This document shows positions 1-12,462 of a DNA stretch of 64,000 bases, one piece after another. A model generated the notes under the pieces. It was not told where the DNA came from. It saw only the letters and a list, made by a program, of their open reading frames with translations, and made no database searches. The stretch's first letter is position 1, and every line of letters starts with the position of its first letter. Made by a program: the position numbers and the translations under genes. Source of the DNA: Trichoplax sp. H2 (lineage: Eukaryota); contig NOWV01000003.1 in NCBI GenBank assembly GCA_003344405.1, positions 1,116,001 through 1,180,000 of the forward strand, in the 5' to 3' direction.

Positions 1-118
1 CAGTTTTTAATTACTTGTTGTACAAAAATTCATTTGTGAATGACTTACACGGCTAGGATAATAAGAAGCTACGGTTTTTTATTCATTTTGTCGTCTAATA
101 ACGACTGCCGTTGCTGTT

Positions 119-310
119 CAAATATCGTATTAATTCTAGCAAGCTAGATTCTGATAATTAAATAAGCGATTGATAGTCTCCAAATATCGTATCAACTCTA
201 GCATAGCTAGAGCCTGATAATTAAATAAACCATAGATAGTCTTCAAATATCGTATTAACTCTAGCAAAGCTAGATTCTGATGATTAAAATAAGCGATTGA
301 CAATCTCCAA
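119..310. repeat. Tandem repeat, about 3 copies of a 62-63 bp unit
   Basis: Units beginning caaatatcgtat...ctagc...gctaga start at 119, 181 and 244 and differ by scattered substitutions. Confidence 0.9.
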
Positions 311-556
311 TAACCGTAACGCTTTCTTATGATGGATACCGAATGTTGACGATACAGCAACAGCAACAGTAGATGGACTAAGTAGAGACAAAATATTGAC
401 TGTATCTTTTAAACAACATAACTAATCTGCGAAATTACAATGCAATACACAGACAAAGATATCTATCTACTTCGTGATAAATTGAAAATCTTAGTGATAT
501 TAAAGAAATGATACAGCAAGCAAACCAAGAGAAGGTACTGTAGGACTTCCATATAA

Positions 557-621
557 GTAGGAGCATCATCAAGGATAGTCTTTGCGAATGTGTGATTTCA
601 GAGTATCCCATCAAAATCTAC
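557..621 (-). promoter_or_regulatory. SECIS element in the SELENOW 3' UTR
   Basis: Minus strand reads GUAGAUUU-UGAU-GGGAUACUCUG-AAA-loop-AAAGACUAUCCU-UGAU-GAUGCUCCUAC. This gives a UGAU/UGAU non-Watson-Crick core, a helix II with 9 of 10 pairs, an apical AAA 11 nt after the core, and a GUAG/CUAC helix I. It lies downstream of a gene with an in-frame TGA. Confidence 0.8.
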
Positions 622-826
622 ATAGCCTTCAATTTCTTCACCAACCTAGTTAAGGTAATAACAGATTTTAATTACCGTTCATAATTATTTTACCACTTTA
701 ATCATTACCGAAGTGTAATTCAAGGCTAATACAGTATTTCAGGTCAGCAAATATAACAAAGTTGTGAATTCTTTAAACACTTACTCATATTATTTCTTTG
801 TCGAGAACTGAGGATTCGTCGACCTG

Positions 827-2647
827 TTACTTCAGGTGCTCTCCAATTGCCTTAATAATCTTCTGCATTTTCGCCTCAGTATCTACATATCCGTCACCAG
901 CCTGATAGGTAAGATGGAAAAAATGTCAAGCCCTCGGAGCAGAATTCGATCGCGTAAATTAAATATTTACGTAGGTTATTTATCTAAGGATAATTTCATT
1001 CATAACCCGATAGCGAAAGTTCGGTTAGACGTAATTACCTTTTTAGAATGAATTAGTTTTCCACCAACAATTTTTACTTCAAAATATGATGTAAACTCTG
1101 GAGTTGCTTCACCGGTCTGGAGTAGATAAAGCATTGGTATGATGAAATTTGAAACATTATTTTATATACGGTATGTTGAAAAAGAATTATTTTTCAATCG
1201 CTACCATGCTATCATCAATATGTAATGAGGGCACTTTAATTTGAAACGCAGTTCGTGTTTGCACCGCTGTAAATTATTTTGGTGTACAAGCATAGTACTA
1301 ACGGACACTTTAACAACTGCACGCTCCAAATGATACGTATATAGTGTTGCGGTATATTGCATGCACTAATTCATTTTGCAATTACGATTGTATTTTACAG
1401 TTGCGTTCAAAATTAGATGTACTTGTAGCGTAGAGACTTGATTTGTACATGATTGTACAGTAATAAAGATTGAATGCTAGCTGATCAATCTTATAGTAGA
1501 GAAGATTTGTAAAATCAAAGGCAGAGTGAGGTACAATACACTTGAAATGCACTGTAAGTGCATGTCAATGATGCATGATGTAAAATTTGTACGGTTGCAG
1601 GCGAACGGAGCAAAATATAAAACATCAGGATGGAGATTATCATTAAGTCATATTAGTACTATAAGCTGTCAGTATTATTCATTTCAGTCATGAGCCTCGG
1701 GATGACTACTAATTGTGTTGTCTTCAATTTTTTATCTTAACCGATATAAACTATATACTGTAATCCGTTTATGGTTAATGCTAAATTACTATCATGTACT
1801 TACAACTTGGATATCGTTCCCAAATTCATCGTAGAGCATATCCCGTACAGTTCTGAACTATTTAATTTTTAAAATAAGATTTAGTTAGAGAAAGGATTAC
1901 AAATCCGATGGCATGTATGTCTATTTGAGCAAATTCCATTATTTAGCTGAAACATAGAGATACGTATGAGCATATAGCACTATTATAGTTAGCATGCTTT
2001 TAAGTAGCTCCGAAGGAACCCATGACTCAGTTATTACAGTACAGTACAATAATTAACCATTGGTCGCAAGCCATACTGTAGTGCTATACTCGTTTGCAAT
2101 CATCATAAAAAAAGTGCACAGGAAATCTAATCCTACAGGGACTTCAATTTAGCGTACGAAGCGACCTAGAGATTTAGTTCAGGTATTGAAACCACGTACA
2201 GTACATACCTTAGGAGCGTACCCTCAGGCGCCGCTAAAATGATAAAAAGTAAAATGATTCAAGGATTAGATAATTACACTTTGTATGAGAGTATTTAAGC
2301 ATTAGTTTATCATCTCGGTTATTGACCATAACTTTAATTTTACATTTTAAACTTTTCAGTACCACCTATACTATACTTACTGTGCAATGCACAGGCATTT
2401 TGTTTGTTTATACAGTAAGCAGATTTGTAAACGGCGTTCAATTTTACAAGTTATAAATACAGTACTAGTACAGTATATCGCAGGTTCATATACAGTTCTA
2501 CACCTACAGTATTGTATATTGCCATAATATACTGTATGTACTTACTAGCTATTAGTAAGATTAGTGGTTATGACTTTAAAAATAAGAACTCATTTACTTT
2601 AGATTGAGTAATACTGACCAGTAAACTATATGAACTTTAACTACCAT
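827..2647 (-). CDS. SELENOW: Selenoprotein W (Rdx family, CxxU motif), 5 coding exons, 86 aa
   Basis: Exons 2647-2619, 2233-2209, 1857-1804, 1116-1039 and 901-827, all GT-AG, splice to MVVKVHIVYCGAUGYAPKFRTVRDMLYDEFGNDIQVTGEATPEFTSYFEVKIVGGKLIHSKKAGDGYVDTEAKMQKIIKAIGEHLK*. The in-frame TGA is at 2226-2224 within YCGAUGY. Confidence 0.96.
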
Positions 2648-2754
2648 CGTCTTTTCTTGAGGTCTGCTAGCTTGATCTTACAAGTTGCAAAGCCGCTTGT
2701 GCTGTAATGCCTGGAAATCGTTGATGCAGAAGGTTTTATTGCCTTCGGCCTTAG

Positions 2755-4260
2755 CACCGTGTACTGTACTGTACTGTTTTTGAATGGTCCGTGTGCAGTG
2801 TACCCACTGTACAGTGTACAGTACAGGAAGGAAAGGAAGGTACCGTAAGTTGCTGACTCACGATTACTCACACGATCAACTACTCCAACAATAACGGTAT
2901 GTATGTGTCGCTAAGGACACTGGTTACTCAATTTCTTTTTTGATAGTTTTCATACTAAATACGTATTAGCATTACGTATTTTACAGTTAGAATCCTTCCT
3001 TTCCTAGAAACATTACGTCCCGAGTCTAGACGTCTCAAATCTTTCGTCTATTTTTTTCGTTTTTCTTACTAATGAAGAACAATAAGTAAGACACACGAAA
3101 AAAGTAGAGGCGTAGACATTGAAACGTTTAATTTATTAAACGAGGGAAAGAATGGGGACGAAGAGTTCTAGCAATACTAAATACAGTACGACAGTATGAC
3201 ACAGCGTTCGCTGGCAGTAGGTATAACCGTAGTCAGGTAACCCAAGAACTCAGTACAAAAGTACAACCTACTGTGGGTCAAATAACAAGCTGTAATAAAG
3301 CCTTATAACCCAGGTCAATAACCAGGAATCACGCACGAATAACCCGATACTGGTATGACACCGTGCAACATATTGTATTACTTGTTTGACAATTGCGAGC
3401 CACTGTACGGTGATGCGGCCCAAACTTTATAATGCACAGCACAGTGTCATACCTTAGTACTGTATACTGTACGGTACTGTACTACTACGGTACAGTTAGT
3501 TATGCGCAGTGTGTAAAGTGTGCATGCAGACTAACCATACAGTACAGTACAGTATATTAATTAATTAGCATACGAGTATGCATTGAGTTACTAGAAACGT
3601 AGTACATTTTGCGCCAAGAAGTCTAATTGTACAGTACTTGGTAGAAATATATACATATATCTGAAAAAAATTTAAATTTACGACATATTCTGCCAAAACT
3701 GTGGAAGGAAATTTGAATCGAGCGAAAGTTACGACTATAAATTTTGTCCAAACTGTGGTCATTGCTTACGTTTAATTACATCTTTTGACCAGCTCAAGTC
3801 AAATTCTTCTACGCCGTTGAGTTTCTGCGAATTTCGTAAATGAAAAGACGTTGAAAGAATCTCTAAATTTTTTATTAAGATTGTGTGACATCATTTCTGT
3901 AGCGTATCACCAGTTCTTACGGCGTACAGTATTGCGCTGAGCCTTGTGAGCCACCGTAGTACAGTACAGTATACTCTACAGTACTGTACACTATACTGTA
4001 CACTTGTACAGTAGTAGTGAGTGGAATTGAAGCAGTATCACGTGTCACTGGCTCACTGCAGTTCAACGTACTGTACTGTACAGTACTGTACTACAGCGCG
4101 GTCTACCATACATACTGTACAGTACTATACTGTACAGTGTACAGTATGTTTTTCAATGTTTTATACTGTATGCGCTGTACTGTACACTGTACAGTACTGT
4201 ACTGTACAGCACGACACTCACAGTCATCATGACCGTACAGTACAGTACAGTGATACTGTG
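2755..4260. repeat. ACAGT/TACAG degenerate pentamer arrays in the SELENOW/SDE2 divergent promoter
   Basis: Dense tacagtac/gtactgta runs at about 2755-2825, 3455-3555 and 3955-4260. Confidence 0.9.
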
Positions 4261-4340
4261 ATTGTATGATGCTTTGATGCGCAGCTTGTTCCAATCCCAA
4301 GTTGATTTGGTCTGCAGTTCATGAAGGATACAGTTATAAA

Positions 4341-6490
4341 ATGGCTAATTTCTACTGTCGATCTGGTGATGGTCAATTGCATTACCTAGTAAGCGATAAA
4401 AGTTCTCTTACTAGCGACGAATTGCAGCAATTAATATCCCGGCAACTGGTACGTAAAATATAAAATAAGGAAAATGTACATTTTTAGAAATGAATTTAAT
4501 TGAACATTTGAAAGCGTTTTAAACCAAAACACGGATACTGTGTATGTCCTATATTTTAATACTACTTGAATAGATAGAACATATTATAGATCTCTAGTTT
4601 TTTAACGCACCCTATAGCTGAATTTACCAGGCTGCTTTTTCATGCTATCAAATTCATAAGAAATTGCAGTTAATATTACTCACTCTAAATAGAATATATT
4701 AAAGCGGACCTTTTGATTAATATGTAATTAGACTATTGGACGTTGAACAGTTAACTGTCCACTCAACCAGTTAAGAATCGAAATGCCTTGATGTGTTATC
4801 GTCAATTTATGATCCGTTAATTAATTATTAGAATGAAATCAGAGTACTGTATCAAATAATACATGCACTTGATATCACCCGTGAATTGAATTGTAATTAT
4901 TGTGAAAGGATGGTAAAAGAGTTGGACAGTATGATTTACTCCTACGCACGAGATTAATTAAAGGATTACGGATCAATATTTCCTTTCTAAAACACTTATT
5001 CTTTCAGAACCTTCCAACGGAGAACTTTTACTGGACAGTGAATGGTAGAACTTACGGCAACGATGCATCGATTTACTGTGGTAGTAATTTATGTTTGCAA
5101 ATTCATTATAGGCTGCTTGGCGGAAAGGGAGGCAAGTAGAATAAAAAAGCTAGTGCACGCGTATGAGTATATACTGATTGGTGATTAGTTACTGCATATT
5201 GCATTATCCATGCTATAACAATGTATACTCTTCTAACAAAAATTGATTTCTCTTGTTAATATATTGTATATCTATCTATCACTGATGATAAAAATGTTAA
5301 CTAATTGCTGTACAGCAATAGATTGTACGTGTAAATGCTGCAATTAACGCTTAACTTTTAATTATTTAGGCGTGTAGTGATGTTTGCTGCAGTAATGATA
5401 GCTGCTTAGTACGTAAATGTTTACCTTAATGCGTATTATATGTACTGTATTACTATCTGAGAGGCCTTTAGACGATGATAAACGAAAGTAATGTTTATTT
5501 ATTGCTACTAGGCTTTGGCTCCATGTTACGGTCTATCGGTGCGCAAATTGAAAAGACGACTAATCGAGAGGCTTGCCGAGATTTATCTGGTCGAAGGATG
5601 CGTGACGTTAATAACGAAAAAAAGTAAGGAAGATGCAAAAATTAAATATACGAGTACACATACTTGGCGTGTGGAATTCATAGATGTGAATTGTAAACCC
5701 TATATTTGCACATCCATGAATAAATGGTGTCCTTATGGGATACTATTGTTTATGAATGTTTTTGAAATATCAACCAACTAGTTCACTGTGCGTAGTTTTT
5801 ACTCGTGTAAAGATCAAGCTTACTTTAACAAATCCTTTAGATTAGCAGACTGGGTTAATGCTGAAGCAGAAAGGAAAAGGGAAATAGAGGAAAGAAAGAA
5901 AGAACGCATTCAACGTGTCTTAAATCCAATTGTAAAACCATTTGAAGGCGATCAATATGCCGCTCAAGTCCGTGCTTCTGTCGATAGTGTGGAAGATGCT
6001 CTAAAGCAAGGTCTCAGATGTTGTTAACTGTGAATAAACGATATATTTTCTGTATCTGTTACAATACTAATAAGTATAATTTAATAGGATTAAAGAATGC
6101 TCAATCAAGCACTGAAGTTTCGAAAAAGCGAAAAGCGCTTACTGGAACATCAGACTCGGTTAAGAAACGTAAAACTTGGTCGGTTTTATCTATTTATTAT
6201 ACGGAAGCTCTGTGCTATATGAATTTAATATTTACAGCGATGTACTTAAATATACTATTTAATATAATAGGTTTGACGATAGTGATAGTAGTACCGACGC
6301 TGACGATGAGGATTCCGATGAAGACGTTAAAAATACTGATACTGTGACTGAAAATTTATCTGAAAGATCCGATAATAAGGAATTGAGTGAAGATAACAAA
6401 GCTAGCGCTTCTGCAGCAGCTACTGAGATTTCTTCACCATCTGTCTCTACATCCACTAGAGACACCACATCAAATGAATCTACAAAATGA
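4341..6490 (+). CDS. SDE2: SDE2 homolog (ubiquitin-fold-activated splicing/replication-stress factor), 6 exons
   Basis: Exons 4341-4448, 5008-5131, 5512-5623, 5841-6010, 6088-6178 and 6271-6490. The signature [41 protein letters not shown] is present, followed by an acidic tail ending TGA at 6488-6490. Intron 2 has a GC donor. Confidence 0.92.
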
Positions 6491-7127
6491 TCTGGGCACA
6501 CCCAGAATATGGCTTATATTAAATATTAAGCCTACTAGATCTATTATGTGTCTTATCGTTGCTCTGTAAATTAAGCGAAGAATGTGGAATGATTTACATC
6601 AGTGACTTGTGAGCTTAATCAATTATGAGAGTCGAAAATTTAATGTAATTTTTATTACAGATGCTTACATGTTATTTAGTATATAAATATATATATGTAT
6701 ATGAAACTTGGATGATGGATATTCCTACGAAGCGTATTTATTAGTCATGAAGATTAAGTATTTTAGCATCATTTGTAGATCTTGTAAAAAAGTGTAAATG
6801 TAACATCAATTTTCCTTCTGCATTGTAATAAAATGAAGTATCCGCGTAATTTTCAAGCTTTAGTGATAAATATCATCTTTGCTTTTTGCGCCATTTTGCA
6901 ATTAGTAGAAGTGTAACGTATGGTAAAGTATAATTATATTTGAGGAATATAGTAGGATCGAAAATGCTGACATGAATCTTAATGGCATCGAACTAATTTG
7001 TACAGTAATTAACTTTAAGAACTTTTATTCAACAATTTCATGTAATCACTAGTATATCAATTCATCGGGCCATCACACAACTTGACAATCGAATTTCCAC
7101 CAATATTTAATTATACTAATTAAGCAC

Positions 7128-9980
7128 TTAGCGATATTTATCAAACAATATGATGATATCTATTGGAGCATCTTCCAAATTTTTATAACGAGTGACAACA
7201 TCATACCACTTTAATTTCATTGGTTTGAGTTCTGATTTTTCCATTGCAATAAGGAAACATTCGGTCAAAGACTCCTGAAATTGGAGCGTATTTATTTGAA
7301 AACTCTGCATTATAACTCAATTATCTACCGCTAGCTTCTGTTTCTGATTAGAATTCAGTATACGAATTTAATTAATGTTGGGCATACAAAATGTGTTTGC
7401 TTTACCGATTGGATGATCTCGCTATAGGACATAAAGCTCTCAAGTAATTTTTTGCTTGTGCTAATATGATTGCTAGTAGAAGGCATATCCGAAATTTCTG
7501 TCATCTAACTTAATAAAGTGAAGCTTTAAGCCACATTGTATGGAAGAAATGTACTAAAAGTTAACTGTGGATAATTATAATACATGTATTATTGCATTTT
7601 TAATATCAATATATATATTTTGTTAATTTATAATAACAATTCCCTTGATAAAGATTGCAATATTGTGATGTAGTAAAGCTTGCTAAGCGTACATCATCCA
7701 AAATTCGAGTACTTGCAGTGATTGGAATTGGGTCCTCATACGGCTGAAACATAGAAGGCTATAAATATGGTAATGCATGTACTATCTATCAATTTTAGAA
7801 TAGATGTTATTATTACTGATCTATTGCTGTCCAACACATGTAATAAATTATCATAAAAATATAATGTGAATATTGATCAAGTTTAAAGTAGGGCGCTAAT
7901 TTAATTTGGTGTTTTTATACCTCAATATTTTCGTGATTGCTGCTATCAGACTGATTTTCAATATTTGATACTATATCCACTGACGTTGAGAAATTTGAAT
8001 TTAACGCAGCATACATTTCGGGGTATAATCGACTAGGATTCTGTAAGAGAATCCGTCCGTTACACGAGGCTATTGGCTAACACTTATACTGTAATCTTAA
8101 AAATATTTATTTTAAAAAGCCAGACATTGTTTTTCCGAAATATACCATTAATCCTCTTAGAATTGATGGAGTTACTTGATCGCATACCGTCATGGACATA
8201 GAATCGTCATGTGTACTAGTTTCGATATCTAGAAAAGTAAAAGCAAAGATCCTCTTTATTTCCATTCTGAGCTTGGTTAACAAATCAGTAATGGATTACA
8301 GGTAACAATGGACTAATTTACTTGATTTTAAAGTAGTTTACCCTTTGAAATCGTAGAATCTGATTGTTCCATTTCTATTTTCATGTCAGCTGTAAATTTT
8401 TCTTGGTTAGTGATTCCATCAACAGCAAGATTTTCAGATTCGGTCAAATTGGGATCTCTTGCATTCTCAATGGAGGATGCGTCTTTATAGTAAAGTTTAA
8501 TTGAATATACATATTTTAGATGCATCATCATCGGACAGGACCTATATTACTAGACTCTAAGGATTTATATGTTTACACTCTAAGGATTTACATGTTTAGT
8601 AAAACTGCCAATGTAAAGATGACCAAGCATACATAATACGGTATGTTAATATGCATAGAATGTTATATTCATGATAAAATTTGATATTTAAGATTTATCT
8701 TCATTTTAAGTTACAAAAATATAAGCAGTAAAATGCTAGGATTTCTATTGGGTGCTTGGTAAAAGGTAATATGATACCGTTATTGCATGATAATTCTGAT
8801 TGGTAGTTAATCTGATCATTTTGGCATGTTGAGGCATCAGATTTCGCGAATGCACTGTCATTTTGTAATATATCTGCACATTTTTTAAAATAGGCCTTAA
8901 GGTCAATATTTTTGAATGAAAATTTTCTCTTGCTTGCTAAAAGATGGTGTGAAGATGACGATTCACTCTTTTTCTTCTTTTTTTTCCTAGCGTAAATATA
9001 CGATTACATATAAAGTATACAGTATTTACCATAACATGGTATACGAGTAAGTAAGTCTATAAAGTAATGTAACGTTATTGTGTGGTAGAAAGTGTCTTTG
9101 CTGCTAACCGAGTACAGAGTTAAGTTATGAGTTTAGATAAAAAATACTCGTATTATACGTAAGTTTACGAACATTAAGTCATTATAAGTATAGGATTAGG
9201 ATAACAATGTACATATTAACATACGCATTAAATGTGAATATTATAAATATTTTTAAACCAAAATTATTGATGTTGTATGCATACATACGCTTATTATATT
9301 GAAATATAGGGCTGTCATAAGCTGACATTTGATGAAGACTAACCTATCCGCCTTCTTTTTACGGTCTGACTGCTTACACTTATTTGGTTTTTTCATATTG
9401 AAATAAGGAGTCCTAACGCGTCGCTATAATTTTAGGGCATATCGATAAATAATAATGAATCGTTCCAGAATTTACATACAGTGCCTTAAATAGGGATAAA
9501 TATTTTAAACATTTGAAAATCTAAAATTGATTTAATTGCCATATGATGCTGGTACAATTAAAATTTCAATGTTATACTGGAGATTTTAAGAGATTTCAAT
9601 TGGTAAAAAAAGAGACCTAGCGTTAGTTTATAATGTACATTTAAGGGTAAACAGTATTGGAAGCAGGCATGATTTTGTCAGATAGAAACTACCATAATTA
9701 AGATAAATATTATTAAGGTTAAAAACTCGAAATTTTATGCATTTTAGTAAATTAAAGTGACGGGTTGTAGGACTAGTAATTAATTACTTAATAAGAAGAA
9801 CTTTGTAAATAATCTTGATTTAAGTAGGTTAGGTATGTCAATTCTAACGGTAAATAACACATTACTATGATTTGAGATACCTTAATAAATTTAATGATTT
9901 ATTTGCTTCTACTATCATCGTTAAAATGTTACCATATCGGTAAGTAACACTTTCGTTTTCATCGCATCCTCAAACTTCAT
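7128..9980 (-). CDS. Uncharacterised multi-exon protein (about 330-340 aa) with a Lys-rich N-terminal region
   Basis: About 10 GT-AG exons join with consistent phase: MKFEDAMKTKVLLTDM / RRVRTPYFNMKKPNK..KKKADR / KKKKKKSESS.. / DASSIENARDP.. / DIETSTHDDS.. / NPSRLYPEMY.. / PSMFQPYEDP.. / MTEISDMP.. / KQKLA / ESLTECF..DKYR*. No family recognised. The start codon is uncertain, and upstream exon-like segments (about 10093-10193 and 10740-10953) appear non-coding. Confidence 0.6.
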
Positions 9981-11009
9981 CTATGATAGATCAGTCACAA
10001 ATCTTGAATAAAATCCTTTTATATCCGTTATGCTGTGTACTATAAATGGTTGACAGGCTGGTTAAACTCAAGCAAGTCTTTGGTACGGTATACCGTGCAC
10101 GACTAATAAAGATGTATCTAGTGACGTCCTTAGGTTATCGAATGTAGTAATCATATGCAATATTTGGCGCTGACACTATTTGTTGATTGCTTTCTAAAAT
10201 ATACGCAACTCATTACAGTCAGTTACACTAGCTTAGTAGTACTACTGTATAAATGCAAATAGAGGTGTTATCCACACATTGCATTTATATTACTACTGTG
10301 CAATGTTGTCGTCATTTTCTACTTAACAGTTGCATGTAATCAAATGCGTCAGTATATCTTTTCGGATATAGACATGATTTAACAGTCAAGTATTTTTAAA
10401 ATCCTTGCTGTTCTATTACTATAAGAGTGCGTTATATGTTCTGGTGTAGCTGTAGATAAGCCACTAAATAGTAAAAGTTAAAATTTATAAGAATTTTGTC
10501 ATCAGCAAATCCTTCACGCTTGATATCTACTATATCATTCTGATATATAGCATAGGAACTCTGGAGAATTACAATTAATTCAGTTAAGGTTAAGAAGAAA
10601 GGTACAATATTATCGTACGAATGCAGTATTTAATAAATATTGTATTTCTATACTCAAAAATATGCAAATTAGACGTCGTGTAAAGGCCATGGTGAGGTTT
10701 TTTATGTAGCAATGCTAATCGTTACTTAATTAGACTCACGGCATCCGTTTTAGTAGAAAGAGGAGAAACTAAGGGGTCTGCGGTATGAGTTCGTATGACT
10801 AATCGATAACAGTTGTAACTGGCGAGAAAATGATAAATGTGAGTGACAATCTCAAATCACTCGCAAAAATGATGTTCCTATTACGTGTAATAACTAGGAA
10901 GGGAATCTACACATGTGGCATCATTTTGTAATGCAGGCTGAAGGTATAAGAAACCTACAGTAAGTAATAAGTATGAAGTAGAGAAAAAAATTGGCTCTCT
11001 GGGATTATG

Positions 11010-11560
11010 CAAGTACCATAAAGTACTGTACATACTGTACGAGTATTCTACTCAGTTTACAGCTTATATGCTGTACAGTACGGTCATACGGTGCTGTAGT
11101 TCCGTTAAAAATGACTTTTTGTTCTTTAGTTTTAATTAATAAAATCCACAAAAATTCTATTAGGTTTCACTTAAAATAAAATATAACCTAGTGTAAGCCT
11201 GTTAAAAACTAAATGAATAAACTAAACTAATTTCAGCAGTTCGTATTAGTTGTCTATGAACTGTCATACGTAGAGTATAGTACAGTACTGTACAAGCGTA
11301 CAGTACATACAGTACAGTAGAGTGCTACAGCGGTACCATTGAAAAGTAACTTTTCAGAGTGAGACATCGCATTTTCACAGACCTTCAGCGTTTAGCGCAC
11401 TCTATAGTACAGTACAGTGCAGTACAGTACAGACTGTACATTGCACAATGCACAGTACCGTACAATACAATATAGTACGGTACAGTTTGGGATTTCTAGG
11501 AAGAATTTTCTCTTTACAGCATTGTTACTGAACATATAAAGTACTGTACAGTATTCTCTG
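11010..11560. repeat. ACAGT/TACAG arrays in the orphan/CCDC32 divergent promoter
   Basis: Repeated tacagtac/gtactgta at about 11020-11100, 11275-11330 and 11400-11555. Confidence 0.85.
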
Positions 11561-11705
11561 ACCTGACTAATTAGCACAGACTCGTATCTTGGCCGAAGGA
11601 CAGGATTGACCAGGAACTACGTGGAAACGTCGCTGTACTTGATTTTATTTCATTCGACAATATATTGATTGCTTGTTTAAACAGTATGCTTATATAACGA
11701 TTATA

Positions 11706-12462
11706 ATGAACTTCGAAGACGATTTTGGTAATTGGAGCGTACAAAAAGTTAATCAGGTTGTTTCACTTCAACGCCGCTGTAACGATACTAGTAGCTGTTG
11801 CAATTTTGACAGTAAAAAAAAGGATAATGCTAGTACAATCTCTCTTGACCAAGATGATTCGCTAAATTATATCAACAAATTAGGTGCGTACAATTGAATA
11901 TATGGAATACAACATAGAGCTATTGATACACATTGTCTTTCAACCAAGTGCTACAGTACAGTTACAGTTACTGGGTATGCTCACAAGCAGTATCCATGCT
12001 AGATAATAAACTATCTGCGGTGGTGCTTCTCATGTTAATGCCCTTTTTCTATACGAGTATTAAAGATCTTGTCAAAAATTATGATGAATTTAACGTTGTT
12101 GCTATATATTTGTTTATTGTAATATATTAGAAAAAAAGTTAGAGAAAATCAAATACAGTGATACGAGACGCCGTGGTAATTTGAGCCAAGAATTACTTCA
12201 TAGTTTACAAGAAATGAAGGAAGCTCAGTTTAAGGCAATGATGGCGGATGATTTAAATATATCAACAAGTCAAGCTAATACACGGCCATTTGTCAGTGAT
12301 GATCCACTGTCTAGAGGAAATTACGGTTGTTGCTTTACTATTGTATATGCAAGACTATATCCAGAAAGACAAGCAGTGTCTAACATTGAAGTAGACTGTT
12401 TACTAGATCATGACGAAGTCGACGAACAATACAAGGAAACTTACATTGTTAAAAGTTCTTAA
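11706..12462 (+). CDS. CCDC32: Coiled-coil domain-containing protein 32-like, 2 exons
   Basis: Exons 11706-11883 and 12131-12462. DSLNYINKLEKKLEKIK, ELLHSLQEMKE and RLYPERQAVSNIEVDCLL match my recollection of the CCDC32 family pattern (DSxxYLxxLExKLxxIK...LxPExxA). Confidence 0.75.

Noticed and set aside
119..310. Possible CRISPR array or 76-aa ORF
   Set aside because: Contiguous degenerate units with no unique spacers, eukaryotic context, and no cas genes.
4017..4300. Cys/Thr/Val/Tyr-rich ORFs here and at 11392, 19691-20033, 29709 and 57885-58837
   Set aside because: They are translations of ACAGT/TACAG repeats, which rarely create stops. They overlap on both strands and have no protein-like features.
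7275..7328. In-frame TGA in the orphan gene as a second selenocysteine
   Set aside because: Better explained as lying within a 54-nt GT-AG intron. There is no redox motif, and I found no SECIS-like hairpin in 6490-7128.
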